Positions 17,145 through 26,808 of a stretch of 64,000 bases of DNA are shown in pieces. The number at the start of each line of letters is the position of its first letter. The stretch's first letter is position 1. The DNA lies in the NCBI GenBank assembly GCA_963674595.2, contig CAXXFV010000003.1, positions 96,001 through 160,000 of the forward strand, in the 5' to 3' direction. The position numbers and the translations under genes were made by a program. Origin of the DNA: a bacterium. Lineage in GTDB: Bacteria; Zhuqueibacterota; Zhuqueibacteria; Residuimicrobiales; Krinioviventaceae. The notes below the pieces were generated by a model that saw only the letters and a list, made by a program, of their open reading frames with translations, searched no databases and had not been told where the DNA came from.

Positions 17145-18113
17145 CTATAAATCAACATCTTTATATATTTCTTTAACTTCTTTAATTGATTTGATTTTCT
17201 CACCCCATTCAGATACAAACTTTTTTCTAAAATGCTCTAACTCATTAGGTCTATAATACTCAATAATCATCCAATATAATTTCAAAATTGTTGATATAGT
17301 CGTTATTAATAAAACATCAGAATTTTTTAAACTTCTAATATGATCTAAATATAGTTTACCTTTACTAATACTTATATGCTCTTGAAATGAAGTTCCATGC
17401 ATCACATTTGAATAATGCCTATAAAATATCTCATATTCTGCTCTACGATTTAGTCTTTCAGCCATATCACAAATTGAACTTGGGCCAGAAAGTTTATACC
17501 AGGGAGCTTCTTGCTTCTTTATTGACTTTTCTTTTTGCTTTTCAAAAGCTAAATTTATTTCTTTGTAATCCTCAGATAGTAAGAAATTATTATAAGTTTC
17601 CAATTCTTTTTTATATAATTCATTATTAATTTTTAATTCTTCAATTATGAATTCATCGAATTTTTCCAAAATCTCTAAAAATTTATCACTTTCGCTAAAA
17701 CCTGTAGTTACTTTTTTAGCCAAATCCATCTCCTGACGTAAGATCCAAACATAATATTGTTTAGACCGAGATTTTGTATTTTTTTCAAATATCCATTCTA
17801 TATATAAACTTGACTCAAATAAGGCTCTTGCTTGAAGTTGAGCTGTAAATATTGCTCCCTTAGCAAATAAAATTTCAATTGAATCAAGCATACTGACAAC
17901 ATGTTTTAAAAGGACTGATAAAATGACTATATCTTCAATTTCACGCTTTGAACTTGAAAAACATCTGGGCATTAAATTAGTACCATAATCAACTAAAGAT
18001 TTTAACAAATAGATTTGGGATTGGAAAAATTTCTTTACATCCTTTTCCACTTTTTCACGATTTAATATATTTTTATATGCATCATCTTTTTCGGGCATAT
18101 TACTAATACTCAA
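17145..18113 (-). CDS. Integron cassette gene, DUF5677-like (HEPN-like) protein
   Basis: ARALFESSLYIEWI and YRHYSNVMHG motifs; very AT-rich; bounded by attC sites. Confidence 0.6.
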   Translation of the reverse strand: MSISNMPEKDDAYKNILNREKVEKDVKKFFQSQIYLLKSLVDYGTNLMPRCFSSSKREIEDIVILSVLLKHVVSMLDSIEILFAKGAIFTAQLQARALFESSLYIEWIFEKNTKSRSKQYYVWILRQEMDLAKKVTTGFSESDKFLEILEKFDEFIIEELKINNELYKKELETYNNFLLSEDYKEINLAFEKQKEKSIKKQEAPWYKLSGPSSICDMAERLNRRAEYEIFYRHYSNVMHGTSFQEHISISKGKLYLDHIRSLKNSDVLLITTISTILKLYWMIIEYYRPNELEHFRKKFVSEWGEKIKSIKEVKEIYKDVDL

Positions 18114-18135
18114 TCAAATATTGATTTTTATTACC

Positions 18136-18270
18136 ACCTAACGTTGCGTTTCACCTGCCAAAGGGCTGAGACGCACGATCGTCAAATCAAAGGCTGAAAT
18201 TCATGAGAGCACTGTCCGATAACAATTACAAACACTGCCCTTTGGTCAGAGTGCAAACGCTTTGTTAGCG
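18136..18270 (-). other. attC site (135 bp)
   Basis: Minus strand R'' CGCTAAC ... R' GTTAGGT; arms GCGTTTCACCTGCCAAAGGGC / GCCCTTTGGTCAGAGTGCAAACGC. Confidence 0.87.
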
Positions 18271-18305
18271 TAAAATTCACAAATATATTTAAAAAAGATA
18301 TGTCT

Positions 18306-19565
18306 TCATTTTAAAAAGGTCATTTTGCATACCTTACTAAACTTGTTTTCTACATCAAACTTATAGAAATAGACACCACTACTTACGACCTGACCGTTGA
18401 AATCTGTGCCGTTCCAGATAAAGGAGTGAAAGCCTGTAGCCTGATTTTCAATTCTCCATCGCCTGACTAGTTTTCCATAAATATCGTAAATTGAAAGAGT
18501 CACATTATTCACTATCTTTAGAACATAGCAGATATGTGTGGTAGAGTTGAAAGGATTCGGGTAATTAGCATAAAGGCGAAATTGATTGGATTTACTGATC
18601 GGATGTTTATCTTCAATCGTTGTGTGTGTATTCCTATGAATCAATGTAAAATTTCTTGTATAATTCGGATTTAAATAGCCATAAAAAAAGCGCGGATTAA
18701 AAGTAATGTTTGAGACAATCCTCCGATAACCGATTCCCTTAACGATAGTATTTCCTATTTGGTACGTTCGCCAATTTGCTCTTACCATAGCTGCAACTTT
18801 ATTCGAGACATTACCTTCTATTGAATGAAGCGTTGTACCACTAATGTTTCTCACCAGTCCGCTATGAGACCTATCAATCCCTGTCGTATTTGAGAATAAT
18901 ACATAATCCCCTGCTTTTGGTTCAAGATGATTGTCATCTCCAATTTGCCAATTTGTATTAATTTCTTCAATCGTCATGAATTGCCAATTTTCATTTCTCC
19001 CGAATCCAGCAACAATCCTATAAACTGTTGACATATTCCAATCTTCAGTACAATTGCCACCGTCTGTTGCACCTCCCCCAAAGGGATCTCCTGCTTGCCA
19101 ATAAACCCAGGAGACGAATTCGCTGCACCAGCCTCCTCCATGCCCATGATACTTGCCCGGTGTGTTCCCATCCGTATTTCCCAACTCGTTTTGTGCAATA
19201 GATACAATTGTCTCACCATTTACTTCGGAGTTGTCTATTACATCAGCAAACTCATACGAACAGGGTATAATGGTATACCTGGTATTATTAGAAATGTTAG
19301 TAAACTCATAAGTTCCGTTTTCATTTGTATAGTTTGTAACAACATTATTATTCCCCAATAACAGGACCTGAATATTTGATATTGGTTGGTTGTTTGTGTC
19401 GCTTATTGTGCCCCCAATGGTTATTACCGAATTTTTTGTCTGGTAATTACATGTGTCTTCATCTGAATAGTATAAATATTGTTCATCTCTTTCCTCAGCC
19501 GATAATGTGGAGAAAACTGAACAGTCAATTATTATTAAACTTAGAACGAATATTATATCTTTCAT
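18306..19565 (-). CDS. Integron cassette gene: secreted CHAP-domain amidase with carboxypeptidase-regulatory-like domain and FlgD-Ig/T9SS-like CTD
   Basis: Signal peptide; CHAP motifs WCSEFVSW, HSGLV, SIEGN; CTD NYPNPFN...WNGTD...SSGVYFY. Confidence 0.78.
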   Translation of the reverse strand: MKDIIFVLSLIIIDCSVFSTLSAEERDEQYLYYSDEDTCNYQTKNSVITIGGTISDTNNQPISNIQVLLLGNNNVVTNYTNENGTYEFTNISNNTRYTIIPCSYEFADVIDNSEVNGETIVSIAQNELGNTDGNTPGKYHGHGGGWCSEFVSWVYWQAGDPFGGGATDGGNCTEDWNMSTVYRIVAGFGRNENWQFMTIEEINTNWQIGDDNHLEPKAGDYVLFSNTTGIDRSHSGLVRNISGTTLHSIEGNVSNKVAAMVRANWRTYQIGNTIVKGIGYRRIVSNITFNPRFFYGYLNPNYTRNFTLIHRNTHTTIEDKHPISKSNQFRLYANYPNPFNSTTHICYVLKIVNNVTLSIYDIYGKLVRRWRIENQATGFHSFIWNGTDFNGQVVSSGVYFYKFDVENKFSKVCKMTFLK

Positions 19566-19646
19566 ATTTAATTTATTCCATGATTAAGGCAAAATAGAAT
19601 TTTTATTCAAACCTTCTGTAATTGCTTTTATACTATCACTTTATAT

Positions 19647-19678
19647 ACGCTAACATAGTATTTAACGAGTTGGATAAC
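19647..19678 (-). other. attI site
   Basis: Minus strand GTTATCCAACTCGTTAAATACTATG/TTAGCGT; GTTAGCGT is the exact complement of the first cassette's R'' ACGCTAAC. Confidence 0.7.
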
Positions 19679-19819
19679 TTATTATAGATTGCAAAAGTTT
19701 GTCGTATAATAAAATCCGGCAATCAAATATAAGTTAGATAAAATCAAAAGGTTGTTGCTTAATAATAATGCCTTGAGTTTTATGTTATACGACTTGTATA
19801 ATATAACCTGTTTTACAGG

Positions 19820-20812
19820 CTATAAATCATCAATCGGACTTCGAATGCCTTTCCCACCTTTATTCAGCACATGCGTATATATCATTGTTGTGTTCAAGTT
19901 TTTGTGCCCTAATAATTCCTGAATTGTGCGTATGTCATATCCGGCTTCTAAAAGATGTGTAGCAAATGAATGCCGAAGTGTATGACACCCTATATGTTTT
20001 GCAATACCGGATTTGAGTTTTGCTTCACGCATGGCTCGTTGGATCATCCATTCGCCTTGATGGTGCCGCCGAAGAATTCCGCTCTCAGGATCTTTTGAAA
20101 TATTGGGGGCAGGAAACACCCATTGCCATGCTGTGGATGTTGAGGCATTTGGATATTTTTTATCAAGTGCAAAAGGCAGGGCAACAGTACCATATCCCTG
20201 GGAAATATCTTTTTTATGAAGACGCTTTACTTTTTCAATATGTACTTGAAATTCTTTGATGTATTGTTCGGGCAAAACTGTGATGCGATCTTTGGCACCT
20301 TTTGAATTGTGTACGGTGATTTGCTTGTATCCAAAATCAATATCTTTAATTCGCAATCCAAGGCATTCTCGTTGACGTAAACCCGAACCGTACATTAAAC
20401 CTGCCATTAGTTTTGCTACACCGTTTAAATGTGCAAAGATACTTTTAACTTCCTCACGGGTTAATACAACAGGCAGCTTGACGGGCTTTTTCGCCCATAT
20501 AGTTTTGTCCAATTCCCCAATATTTTTATTGATAATATTTTTAAATAGAAAGATTATTGCACATAATGCTTGATTCTGAGTACTTGCAGACACATTTTCT
20601 TTAACAGCAAGATGCGATAAAAACCGGTTTATTTCTTTCTCGCCCATATCTTTGGGATGTTGTTTATTATGAAACAGCACAAACCGTCGTACCCAAAAAA
20701 CATACGCTTGCTCTGTTTTGCGGGAATAATGCTTTGTGCGCAGCACGGCCTGTAACTGTTCCAGCAGTTTTATTGGTTTGACAACAGGAATGTGATCTTC
20801 AACCAGGTGCAA
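19820..20812 (-). CDS. intI: Integron integrase IntI
   Basis: [19 protein letters not shown], IntI-specific insertion [14 protein letters not shown]...WQWVFPA...[28 protein letters not shown]. Confidence 0.96.
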   Translation of the reverse strand: MHLVEDHIPVVKPIKLLEQLQAVLRTKHYSRKTEQAYVFWVRRFVLFHNKQHPKDMGEKEINRFLSHLAVKENVSASTQNQALCAIIFLFKNIINKNIGELDKTIWAKKPVKLPVVLTREEVKSIFAHLNGVAKLMAGLMYGSGLRQRECLGLRIKDIDFGYKQITVHNSKGAKDRITVLPEQYIKEFQVHIEKVKRLHKKDISQGYGTVALPFALDKKYPNASTSTAWQWVFPAPNISKDPESGILRRHHQGEWMIQRAMREAKLKSGIAKHIGCHTLRHSFATHLLEAGYDIRTIQELLGHKNLNTTMIYTHVLNKGGKGIRSPIDDL

Positions 20813-21001
20813 TCTCTTCCTCGTGTATGCTTTTGAATCCCATTTTTATGTGTGGTAAATCAGTAAAAGGCATCAGGATTTGCCATGTGCGACCAAATTG
20901 TCCTGTAAAATCGTCCTTTTGTCCGATAATATAATATTACAAACTTTTTATTTTTCCCGCAAGCTGTTTTTAAAAAATTTAATCACCCCCTCTATCACAG
21001 A

Positions 21002-21031
21002 AAAAAGCCCCACATATCTGCATGCAGGGCT
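21002..21031 (-). terminator. Intrinsic terminator after terL and the small downstream ORF
   Basis: Minus strand AGCCCTGCATGCAGATATGTGGGGCTTTTTT. Confidence 0.55.
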
Positions 21032-21064
21032 GGACAAGCTATTAAATTCTCCACTTTTCACTCG

Positions 21065-21259
21065 TCAATACTTGTAATAAACATCTCTTAAATAACTCAC
21101 AGAAAACCCGGTCTTTCTAGAGACCTCCCGGATTGCATCACTTGCCGGACTTTTAGAGCCACTCTTTTCAAATATTTTACTCATTTTATAAATATGATTT
21201 CTTAATATCGTTAACCGCTTCTTTGTCGATTCTAACTTTGGATTTATTTGTACTGGCAT
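21065..21259 (-). CDS. Small phage protein, possible HTH
   Basis: AAGGA RBS; DAIREVSRKTGFSVSYLRDVYY is HTH-like. Confidence 0.55.
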   Translation of the reverse strand: MPVQINPKLESTKKRLTILRNHIYKMSKIFEKSGSKSPASDAIREVSRKTGFSVSYLRDVYYKY

Positions 21260-21280
21260 ATCATTCCTTTCTATTATAAT

Positions 21281-22960
21281 TTATCTGGCCTTTCCAGCTC
21301 TGCTCCACACCATTGATCCCCCTATTGTTCCACCAATTTCTTCACTGATTAAAGAATAAGCTGCGGCATGGAGTAAGTGATCTCCACTAATGGGCTTACT
21401 CCAAACCTGACGATTCGTATTAGGGTCAAAATATCTGACTGGTAATGTAAAATGGTCTAATAACTCACCATCAGATACTTTTCTCCAGTTTCTCGGAAGG
21501 ATAAATCCATCCTGCTCACTTTTTAAAATATTTTTCAAAACACGGTCAAGAGCTTGTGTCCGGTCAAGAGCGATTATTTTATTATCAATATCAACTGTCT
21601 GGTCCTGTAAACTCCCCCCTTTTTTATACCAACACAGCCATACTTTACCAGGTCGGGATGCTTGTAACTCTTTTGCTTTTGTGGTATCATATTCACCGTC
21701 TATTGTACTAACTTCAACATTATACTGATCAATAAGAAAATCCAGGGTATCCCAATCATAAGCTGCTCCACAAGCAACAAGACGTTTTCTTCCATTATAT
21801 CGTTCCCAGATGAAATAGTGATGCCGTCCACCTGGATCAACTCCCATAAAAGTATTATTTCCTGTCGATGGCATGAGATAATCATCTTTACATTTTTCCA
21901 TCAAAGCTTCAGTTATTTTACTTCCCTTGGGAGCAAAAGCACGACCCAGGTTTGAATTGTGAAACAACTGTGTTTTAGTAGTATCTCCCAGCGCTTCCTG
22001 AAATTCATTCCATAGCTCCAAGAGGTCAGTATCAAAACTGATCAACCTTGAAAACCTGTAACCGACTCTTGGTTTATCCGGATATTTGGCAATCCATTCA
22101 CCAACCCATGGTTCAGATATAATCTTTTCACATTTATCACAGATGATTTGAGGTTTTCCATTTTCCTCTCTTATGGGTTTAAAAATCAATCCTTCAGAAT
22201 CAACCTGCCGGACAACATGTTTAAACCAGTCCAGTTCAATGTATTTATTACAATGCTGACACCGGGTCAGGTATCGGGATTGATTGGTAGACCTGTATAA
22301 ACCATCCACACCACAATTCTCAACAGTCGGTCGTGATGAATAGCGGAGCATTTTATATTCAGATGCTTTTAACCGGTCTTTTAACTGGTCCAGATTATCC
22401 ATGTCTGATTCATCATATTCATCAACAAATGCGATATCCACAGGATTTTCGACAAACTCTGTCCTTGAATTCGATCCCACAAACCGCATGGTCCCTTTAC
22501 CATAATGTTTCTGTAGGACACTGTCACTTTCACCCCCTTCATCCAAATGACTTTTGTACAAGGGAACATAACTCAAAAGTTTGTCAATCCGGTCATGTAC
22601 AAAGTTTGATCTCAGGGTCTGGTTCGGCATGACATACAAACCACGTAATCCACTGGAAACATAATGCAAGAGTTCAACCAGCAACCGCTCCGTAATTCCA
22701 ACCTGTACCGGTTTGATGAACACGATAAACTGAGGCATTTCAGTTTTAGGTTTTATACCCTTGGCAATGTCATTGAAAAAGCCAGGCGGTGCATATAAAT
22801 CCTGTAGCCAGTCTCTGTTGATAAATGACATTCTTTTAAAATGCCGGTTTAAATGATGTTCTCTGGCCAAACCAAACACAGGTGCCAAGGTATTAATACT
22901 CTCCCTGAATTTTAATAATTGAGCAGCCGTTAAGGATGTCAAATACTCAGGAGTGACCAT
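21281..22960 (-). CDS. terL: Terminase large subunit (GpA-like)
   Basis: Start moved to ATG 22960. Walker A KPVQVGITE, Walker B AFVDEYD, CxxC pairs, RNase H-like MGVDPG, C-terminal DHLLHA. Confidence 0.88.
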   Translation of the reverse strand: MVTPEYLTSLTAAQLLKFRESINTLAPVFGLAREHHLNRHFKRMSFINRDWLQDLYAPPGFFNDIAKGIKPKTEMPQFIVFIKPVQVGITERLLVELLHYVSSGLRGLYVMPNQTLRSNFVHDRIDKLLSYVPLYKSHLDEGGESDSVLQKHYGKGTMRFVGSNSRTEFVENPVDIAFVDEYDESDMDNLDQLKDRLKASEYKMLRYSSRPTVENCGVDGLYRSTNQSRYLTRCQHCNKYIELDWFKHVVRQVDSEGLIFKPIREENGKPQIICDKCEKIISEPWVGEWIAKYPDKPRVGYRFSRLISFDTDLLELWNEFQEALGDTTKTQLFHNSNLGRAFAPKGSKITEALMEKCKDDYLMPSTGNNTFMGVDPGGRHHYFIWERYNGRKRLVACGAAYDWDTLDFLIDQYNVEVSTIDGEYDTTKAKELQASRPGKVWLCWYKKGGSLQDQTVDIDNKIIALDRTQALDRVLKNILKSEQDGFILPRNWRKVSDGELLDHFTLPVRYFDPNTNRQVWSKPISGDHLLHAAAYSLISEEIGGTIGGSMVWSRAGKAR

Positions 22961-23351
22961 TTTCACCCCTGTTCTTGAAAATGGCCAGCTCCTCAGTAAG
23001 AATATCAAGCGCTCTGTCTTTGGTCATCTCTTTCGTTTCAACAGGACCACCATCAGCACCGGTAATTTCCTGCCTCCGGGAATATCCCCGGTCCTTACCC
23101 TTTGTCGACAGGATAAACTTAATGGCCCACGGCTGAGCATTCAGAGCAGCATCTTCAAGTTTCAGTTCAACTTTGTCAAGGGTTCGTTCTTTTTCTTCTT
23201 CGAAAACAGCTTTTACCGTAGCATACTTTTGTATATAGTTATATATAGTTTTACGCTCACAGCCTAAGGCCATAGCCGCATAAGTAGCATTACCTCGTGT
23301 TTTCCTTAAAGCCCCAATGACCTGTTTTGTCGTAAAAATATTTTCTGCCAT
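22947..23351 (-). CDS. terS: Terminase small subunit (putative)
   Basis: N-terminal HTH (AAMALGCERKTIYNY), WAIKFILSTKGKDRGY, EITGADGGPV; overlaps terL. Confidence 0.75.
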   Translation of the reverse strand: MAENIFTTKQVIGALRKTRGNATYAAMALGCERKTIYNYIQKYATVKAVFEEEKERTLDKVELKLEDAALNAQPWAIKFILSTKGKDRGYSRRQEITGADGGPVETKEMTKDRALDILTEELAIFKNRGENGHS

Positions 23352-23404
23352 AAAAAAAAGCCTACCAGTGTGTAAAATGTGTAAAATGTTTAAAGCGTAA
23401 CATG

Positions 23405-24091
23405 TTAATTACTATTCTTTAAAGTTACATATTGGAAGCCATCCGGTCCGCTTCCGATCATTGTCAAATCAGGCCTGAATAACGGAGGTCTCACGACCGA
23501 CGGCTCCCAGGTCGAAAGCTCTTGTTCCTGCGGTATCATCACAATCTTTCCGTTCTGAATATCTGACAAAACTTTTCTAAATAACCTGATTCCCATGGGC
23601 TGTAATTCACGCCGCCATAATGTGGAAGCCGTATCATCTGATCGGATAAAACAAAAGTCATGTGCCGCAATTGGTCCGGCATCAACATTATCTGTCAACC
23701 AATACACCGTACCACCCGTTACTTTTTCATTCATCTTGATGGACCAGTATATAGCATCCCGACCTCGATGCAATGGCAGCAATGAAGGATGAAAACCGAT
23801 CGCTCCAAATCTCGTTTTCAACCGGGTCTTTTTACTGATAAAATCATGGGAATGGGCAGCAATAATCAAATCCACATTATCCGGTAATGATTCAGCATTT
23901 AATTTTCCAGCTTCTACAAGAACGACTTTATCTCTGACTGCAGTATGATAAAGTCTGTCATATTTTCCACTATATGTTGACGGAGCACTGACACCGACAA
24001 TATTATATCCCTGTTCCTTCACCATGTCATAGACCAGTTTCCCAAAATACTTTTGACCTGTAATAAATATATTAATATCCTGTGGATTCAA
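23405..24091 (-). CDS. Formyltransferase family protein
   Basis: FHPSLLPLHRGRDAI, TGGTVYW, DAGPI motifs. Confidence 0.88.
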   Translation of the reverse strand: MNPQDINIFITGQKYFGKLVYDMVKEQGYNIVGVSAPSTYSGKYDRLYHTAVRDKVVLVEAGKLNAESLPDNVDLIIAAHSHDFISKKTRLKTRFGAIGFHPSLLPLHRGRDAIYWSIKMNEKVTGGTVYWLTDNVDAGPIAAHDFCFIRSDDTASTLWRRELQPMGIRLFRKVLSDIQNGKIVMIPQEQELSTWEPSVVRPPLFRPDLTMIGSGPDGFQYVTLKNSN

Positions 24092-25236
24092 TTTTCACCT
24101 CGGGTTGAATTATCTGTTTGCTTACCAATGTATTTAAAACTTTGAACAGCACGAAAATGCCCACCATATCCGGCACCACGTATGTTCCCTTTGCCGGTTT
24201 TTAAAATACTTTTAATCGAAGAAAGTTTGTTATCACCATATAAGGATGCTTTTTTATGAATCCATAACGGAGATCTTCGTAAATAGCCACACAGTTGCGG
24301 GTGACTGGTATGGAAGAAAGTTGAATACTTTTTAAAACATCTGCCAAAGCCGTCCAGGTGATACTGTCCGATCCAATTTAAAAAGGTTGTTCCGACACCA
24401 GCCCCTTGCCATTCCGGCATAACGACTAACCGAGTCGCCCGATACGCACGAGCCGTAAAAAGCGGACTGACCATGACATGTGAAACAAGCTCACCATCGA
24501 CAGTGCCCACAAAAGCTTCTGCAGCCGGGGGAATCGGTAAATCTAAATAATAATGCGGTTTAAAATACTTCCAGTAACTATAGTCTGTCTTCCTGATTTC
24601 CAGTTCAAATTTTGGTCTTCGCCGAAGACGCCCCCGTTCAAAATTTTTACTTTTCGTATCAAATACCCAATCAGGCTCGAGCCAATCCAAAACATCATAA
24701 TGCGGTGTTAATAAGACACATTTTCCCTTCGGATTTGAGCGACGCCAGGATTTTTGAAAAGCCTGTGCACCTATTTTGGCTATTTGCCTGTCGACAACAC
24801 TGGTGAACTCATCAATAACAACCTGTTCCGGTTTTTCACAAATAATTCTGGCCAAACCAGCCCGAAATTTTTCACCATTACTCAAAACATGAAATGGTCT
24901 CAACCATGAAGGGACATCTCCGAGTCCAACTGCCGCCAAAGCACCTGTGACGTTATCGAATGAACCGTCAGGAATAATACAATCGATAATTGGTTTATCT
25001 GCCGGCCACCCTTCTTCATAATTATGGATCAAATTTTCTTTAAAAATCAATTTGCCGATGGATGTTTTGCCGCTTCCGGACGGACCGACAACAACACCTA
25101 TATTCCAACTGTCTTCTACATCAATATCAGCAATCAAATCAAAATTACAACCACTCTCAGCATTAAATAAACTCTTAACACGAGCAGCCCTGTAACTCGA
25201 AAAATCCGAACATTTATTATGGACTTCTATTTTCAT
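24088..25236 (-). CDS. ABC-type ATPase fused to GNAT acetyltransferase
   Basis: GPSGSGKT, LSNGEKFR, VIDEFTS; GNAT motif RLVVMPEWQGAGVG. Confidence 0.85.
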   Translation of the reverse strand: MKIEVHNKCSDFSSYRAARVKSLFNAESGCNFDLIADIDVEDSWNIGVVVGPSGSGKTSIGKLIFKENLIHNYEEGWPADKPIIDCIIPDGSFDNVTGALAAVGLGDVPSWLRPFHVLSNGEKFRAGLARIICEKPEQVVIDEFTSVVDRQIAKIGAQAFQKSWRRSNPKGKCVLLTPHYDVLDWLEPDWVFDTKSKNFERGRLRRRPKFELEIRKTDYSYWKYFKPHYYLDLPIPPAAEAFVGTVDGELVSHVMVSPLFTARAYRATRLVVMPEWQGAGVGTTFLNWIGQYHLDGFGRCFKKYSTFFHTSHPQLCGYLRRSPLWIHKKASLYGDNKLSSIKSILKTGKGNIRGAGYGGHFRAVQSFKYIGKQTDNSTRGEN

Positions 25237-25796
25237 ACAGTCACCACCTTACACGTATATCCTTGTTCCATTAATTCATTATAGACCCGTTCCTGCTGTT
25301 CTTCACTATCACACATCACAATGACGCCAAACTGCTGTTTGTAGTGAATGCCTTCCTCACTACTTGAATCCGGGGTATCATCTGAAATTTCTTCCTGATT
25401 ATGGGATAGTTCTTTTAAAAGTTTATTGATATCTTCATCCTCTGATTGAACTTTATCCAACAAGTCAGTTAAAAGCTTTTCATCTGTTTCCGCTAAAGCA
25501 GATATCGGGTCAAAAACAGACAGAGCAAGCATTTCCTCCTCTTGAGTAAGGTCTACATATTTTACAGGGACCTGTGTCTCTTTGTTTTTCATAGCAAGTG
25601 TGACTCGCAAATGACCATCTATTAAATGTCCGGTTTGTTTATTTATTATAACGTCCTGAATCCAACCTATCTCTTTTAATAAACCCTGTAAAACATCCTG
25701 CTGAAACTTGGGATGAATACGATAATTAAAAGGATTTGATAAAATGTTAATCGGGTTTTCCTCTCCGCTTCCGATTATTCTGTTCTGCCACTTCAT
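25233..25796 (-). CDS. ParB/Srx N-terminal-like phage protein
   Basis: NPFNYRIH, IGWIQDVII, LIDGHLRV. Confidence 0.8.
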   Translation of the reverse strand: MKWQNRIIGSGEENPINILSNPFNYRIHPKFQQDVLQGLLKEIGWIQDVIINKQTGHLIDGHLRVTLAMKNKETQVPVKYVDLTQEEEMLALSVFDPISALAETDEKLLTDLLDKVQSEDEDINKLLKELSHNQEEISDDTPDSSSEEGIHYKQQFGVIVMCDSEEQQERVYNELMEQGYTCKVVTV

Positions 25797-25906
25797 AGCA
25801 CCTCCAGGCTTTCAGAGATTTAGTAATATTGTTAGTTATCGTCTATCTCTGCGCCCTCCCGATCCATAGGTTTATTTTATCCGTCAGTAATGCATGTCAA
25901 TTCTCC

Positions 25907-26227
25907 TTATACTCCTAATGGTAAACATAATTGATGGCGTTCTCGACGAGCCTTTGCGTTTCGTGCTCTCATTTTAGCGTCATGCCCGTTATGACATTTT
26001 TGACAAAGAGCCGCCAAGTTTAATAGCTGATGTGGTCTTTCAATTCCCTCATGAATATGGGCCGTTGTCAGTACGACATGAGAACCGGTAACAGGATGTG
26101 GAGTATAATTTTCAACTCCACACCATTCACACCTGCTACTTGCTCTGACAAAACGAACAAAACGAGATCGTATTTTCCAGTCATCAGGGTACCAATTTTT
26201 ATTTTCCGGTAATATTGGCAAAGACAA
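25907..26227 (-). CDS. HNH-like Zn-binding protein
   Basis: CEWC...VLTTAHI...NLAALCQKCHNGHD. Confidence 0.75.
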   Translation of the reverse strand: MSLPILPENKNWYPDDWKIRSRFVRFVRASSRCEWCGVENYTPHPVTGSHVVLTTAHIHEGIERPHQLLNLAALCQKCHNGHDAKMRARNAKARRERHQLCLPLGV

Positions 26228-26235
26228 CCCTTTTT

Positions 26236-26805
26236 TTAAAGATTAATAGTTAATTGCTCGGAATAAGATTTTATTAAATCATTCCAGGGCTGTTTTTGAG
26301 ATAATAACGGCCATTTATGAGTTGTGGCCGCCAACTGATGTAATGCCTCAAATGTCAAATTCCCGACAAAACGATTGGCAAATTGAAACACATATCTTCC
26401 GATCAAGGCACTGTTTATCTCAGGGATATTTCTCAAATTCAACCGGAGAGTCTGTAAGGCAACCTGACGTTTCATATAGTCCTGATGCCTGGCACGGTTC
26501 CATTGTGACGGACTGATAAGGATATGTGAATCAAATATCTCTTTACAGATCGTCAGTTGTGTTTGAACGGCATGGGCATTCACCGCCCATGTCATTCTCC
26601 CGTTTGTTTGCCGGTCATGGTCCTCAATGACAGCAAAAGCAATATTGTGATGTTGTTTTGTTTTCTGTAACCTTTCACTGTAATCAAGGTGTCTAAAATA
26701 TTTTATTGTCCCGGTGTTTATATGTTTGCCATACTGGTCCCAGACTGTCAACCCGGTAAAACTACCGGGAGAAATACTCACAAAAGTTATATTATTCATA
26801 ATCAC
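26236..26805 (-). CDS. RuvC-like fold protein, probably inactive paralogue
   Basis: VSISPGSFTG in place of IDPG; shares QxxICKE(V/I)FxxHILI..xQWNR with the upstream gene. Confidence 0.55.
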   Translation of the reverse strand: MIMNNITFVSISPGSFTGLTVWDQYGKHINTGTIKYFRHLDYSERLQKTKQHHNIAFAVIEDHDRQTNGRMTWAVNAHAVQTQLTICKEIFDSHILISPSQWNRARHQDYMKRQVALQTLRLNLRNIPEINSALIGRYVFQFANRFVGNLTFEALHQLAATTHKWPLLSQKQPWNDLIKSYSEQLTINL

Positions 26806-26808
26806 ACC

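Larger units (their letters stand above)
17003..20812 (-). mobile_element. Integron (intI, attI, two complete cassettes, start of a third), with intI co-oriented with the cassettes
   Basis: IntI signature, two attC hairpins, and matching R-box boundaries. Confidence 0.9.

Noticed and set aside
19820-20812. Second phage integrase or XerC/D
   Set aside because: It carries the IntI-specific insertion and has adjacent attI/attC sites.
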